From a bacterium (GTDB lineage: Bacteria; Hydrothermota; Tepidihabitantia; Tepidihabitantales; Tepidihabitantaceae): a stretch of DNA of 14,863 bases. Location of the stretch: positions 1 through 14,863 of the forward strand of contig JAWOHE010000097.1 in assembly GCA_046485285.1 (NCBI GenBank), written 5' to 3'. Each line of letters opens with the position of its first letter. Position 1 is the first letter of the stretch. The translations under genes were made by a program, and so were the position numbers. Shown here in pieces: positions 14,059 to 14,863 of the stretch. Under the pieces are notes generated by a model. That model had not been told where the DNA came from. It worked only from the letters and a program-made list of their open reading frames with translations, and did not search any database.

Positions 14059-14086
14059 TTGACACGCGCGCCTGCCGGGTGACAAT
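14059..14086 (+). promoter_or_regulatory. Putative promoter of the S8 peptidase gene (divergent from serA)
   Basis: TTGACA (14059-14064), 16-bp spacer, GACAAT (14081-14086). Confidence 0.55.
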
Positions 14087-14201
14087 GTCGGATGGACCGG
14101 CCGATGTCCGCAGTTCATCTGCCCGATTGACTGCGGCGCACGAGACTGGCGCACAGGGTGCCCGCCTCGGACCGACCGAGCCCAGAAGGAGGTTCCTGAA
14201 G

Positions 14202-14863
14202 ATGGGCAGACTGCTGATGGTGTTGCTCGGGGTCGCGTTGTTTTTCGCGGCCACGCCCGCGGCGGAGATCGAACCGCTGCTGTTGGATCAAATGGCCCTC
14301 CTCGAGAGCGGCGAACAGATCGAGGTGCTGGTAGTGCTGACCGAACAGCTGGACGGGGAAGGCATCATTCGGACGATTAAGGACAAGGAAGAGCGCTGGC
14401 GTCATACGGTGACGTCGGCGAAGGCGCTCGCCGAGCGTTCGCAGGCCGGCCTGCTGGCGGAGCTCGAGGGTCACCAGCGCGCCGGACGTGTTGGCCAGAT
14501 TATCCCGTTCTGGCTGGTCAATGCTGTGTACTGCGAGGCAACGCCGGAGGTGGTAGCGTCGGTGGCTGCGCGGCCGGAAGTCTGGGTCGTGCAATGGGAC
14601 AGGATCGCAACCCCGAACGCACTCGGCCTTGCAGCGGTGGCGAGCGAAGGGGATGTTACAGCGGGTTCTTATACGGTTGAGTGGAACGTGCGGAAGGTGA
14701 AGGCGGACTCGGTGTGGGCGGTGTACGGCTACACGGGGGACGGGGTGGTGGTCGGGAACATCGACACGGGCTGCGACTACACGCACCCGGACCTGGCCGG
14801 CCACATGTGGACTGACCCGAGCTACCCGAACCACGGCTGGAACTTCGAGGGCAACAACAATGA
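14202..14863 (+). CDS. Secreted S8 subtilisin-like serine protease, N-terminal part (runs off window end; absent from the ORF track)
   Basis: SD AAGGAGG at 14186-14192, then ATG 14202: MGRLLMVLLGVALFFAATPAA (signal peptide), a propeptide with FWLVNAV, then WNVRKVKADSVW..GYTGDGVVVGNIDTGCDYTHPDL (catalytic Asp motif at about 14763). Confidence 0.92.
   Translation, partial: MGRLLMVLLGVALFFAATPAAEIEPLLLDQMALLESGEQIEVLVVLTEQLDGEGIIRTIKDKEERWRHTVTSAKALAERSQAGLLAELEGHQRAGRVGQIIPFWLVNAVYCEATPEVVASVAARPEVWVVQWDRIATPNALGLAAVASEGDVTAGSYTVEWNVRKVKADSVWAVYGYTGDGVVVGNIDTGCDYTHPDLAGHMWTDPSYPNHGWNFEGNNN

Noticed and set aside
14025..14160. c-di-GMP-I riboswitch suggested by GCAAACC and GCACAGGG
   Set aside because: The elements are in the wrong order, and the GAAA tetraloop and GACGCAAAG core are absent.
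14115..14834. 239-aa minus-strand ORF
   Set aside because: It is antisense to the clear S8 protease on the + strand.
14861..14863. Terminal TGA as the stop codon of the S8 gene
   Set aside because: It is out of frame (…AAC AAT GA). The gene continues beyond the window.
1..14863. tRNA, rRNA, CRISPR array, frameshifted or recoded genes
   Set aside because: Intergenic gaps are short and show no cloverleaf or regularly spaced repeats by eye. All identified genes read in a single open frame.

Overview
GC-rich bacterial chromosomal segment from a diderm organism. The C-terminal FlgD-Ig/T9SS-like sorting domain and the secreted proteases resemble candidate division WOR-3 or FCB-related lineages; this is inference only. 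Left to right on the + strand: the 3' end and right terminal repeat of an IS3-family element; a translationally coupled three-gene envelope module (MMPL/RND transporter, LolA-like periplasmic protein, outer-membrane beta-barrel); a coupled trio of a DUF559 nuclease with an extra N-terminal domain, a 63-aa membrane microprotein not called with this start in the ORF track, and a YhhQ queuosine-precursor transporter; an archaeal-type AspRS; and a secreted papain-fold (C10/C39-like) peptidase. On the minus strand are serA, a DUF1015 gene, a putative outer-membrane protein and a DRG-like TGS-domain GTPase. An S8 subtilisin-like protease runs off the right edge. The most notable observations are the tripartite MMPL/LolA/barrel module, the nuclease-microprotein-YhhQ cassette bounded by near-identical 17-bp promoter-containing repeats, an AspRS with a mixed discriminating/non-discriminating signature, a bacterial DRG-like GTPase with a non-canonical G3 motif, and several probably leaderless genes. 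No tRNA, rRNA or CRISPR array was seen. All family assignments come from motif recognition by eye, not database searches.
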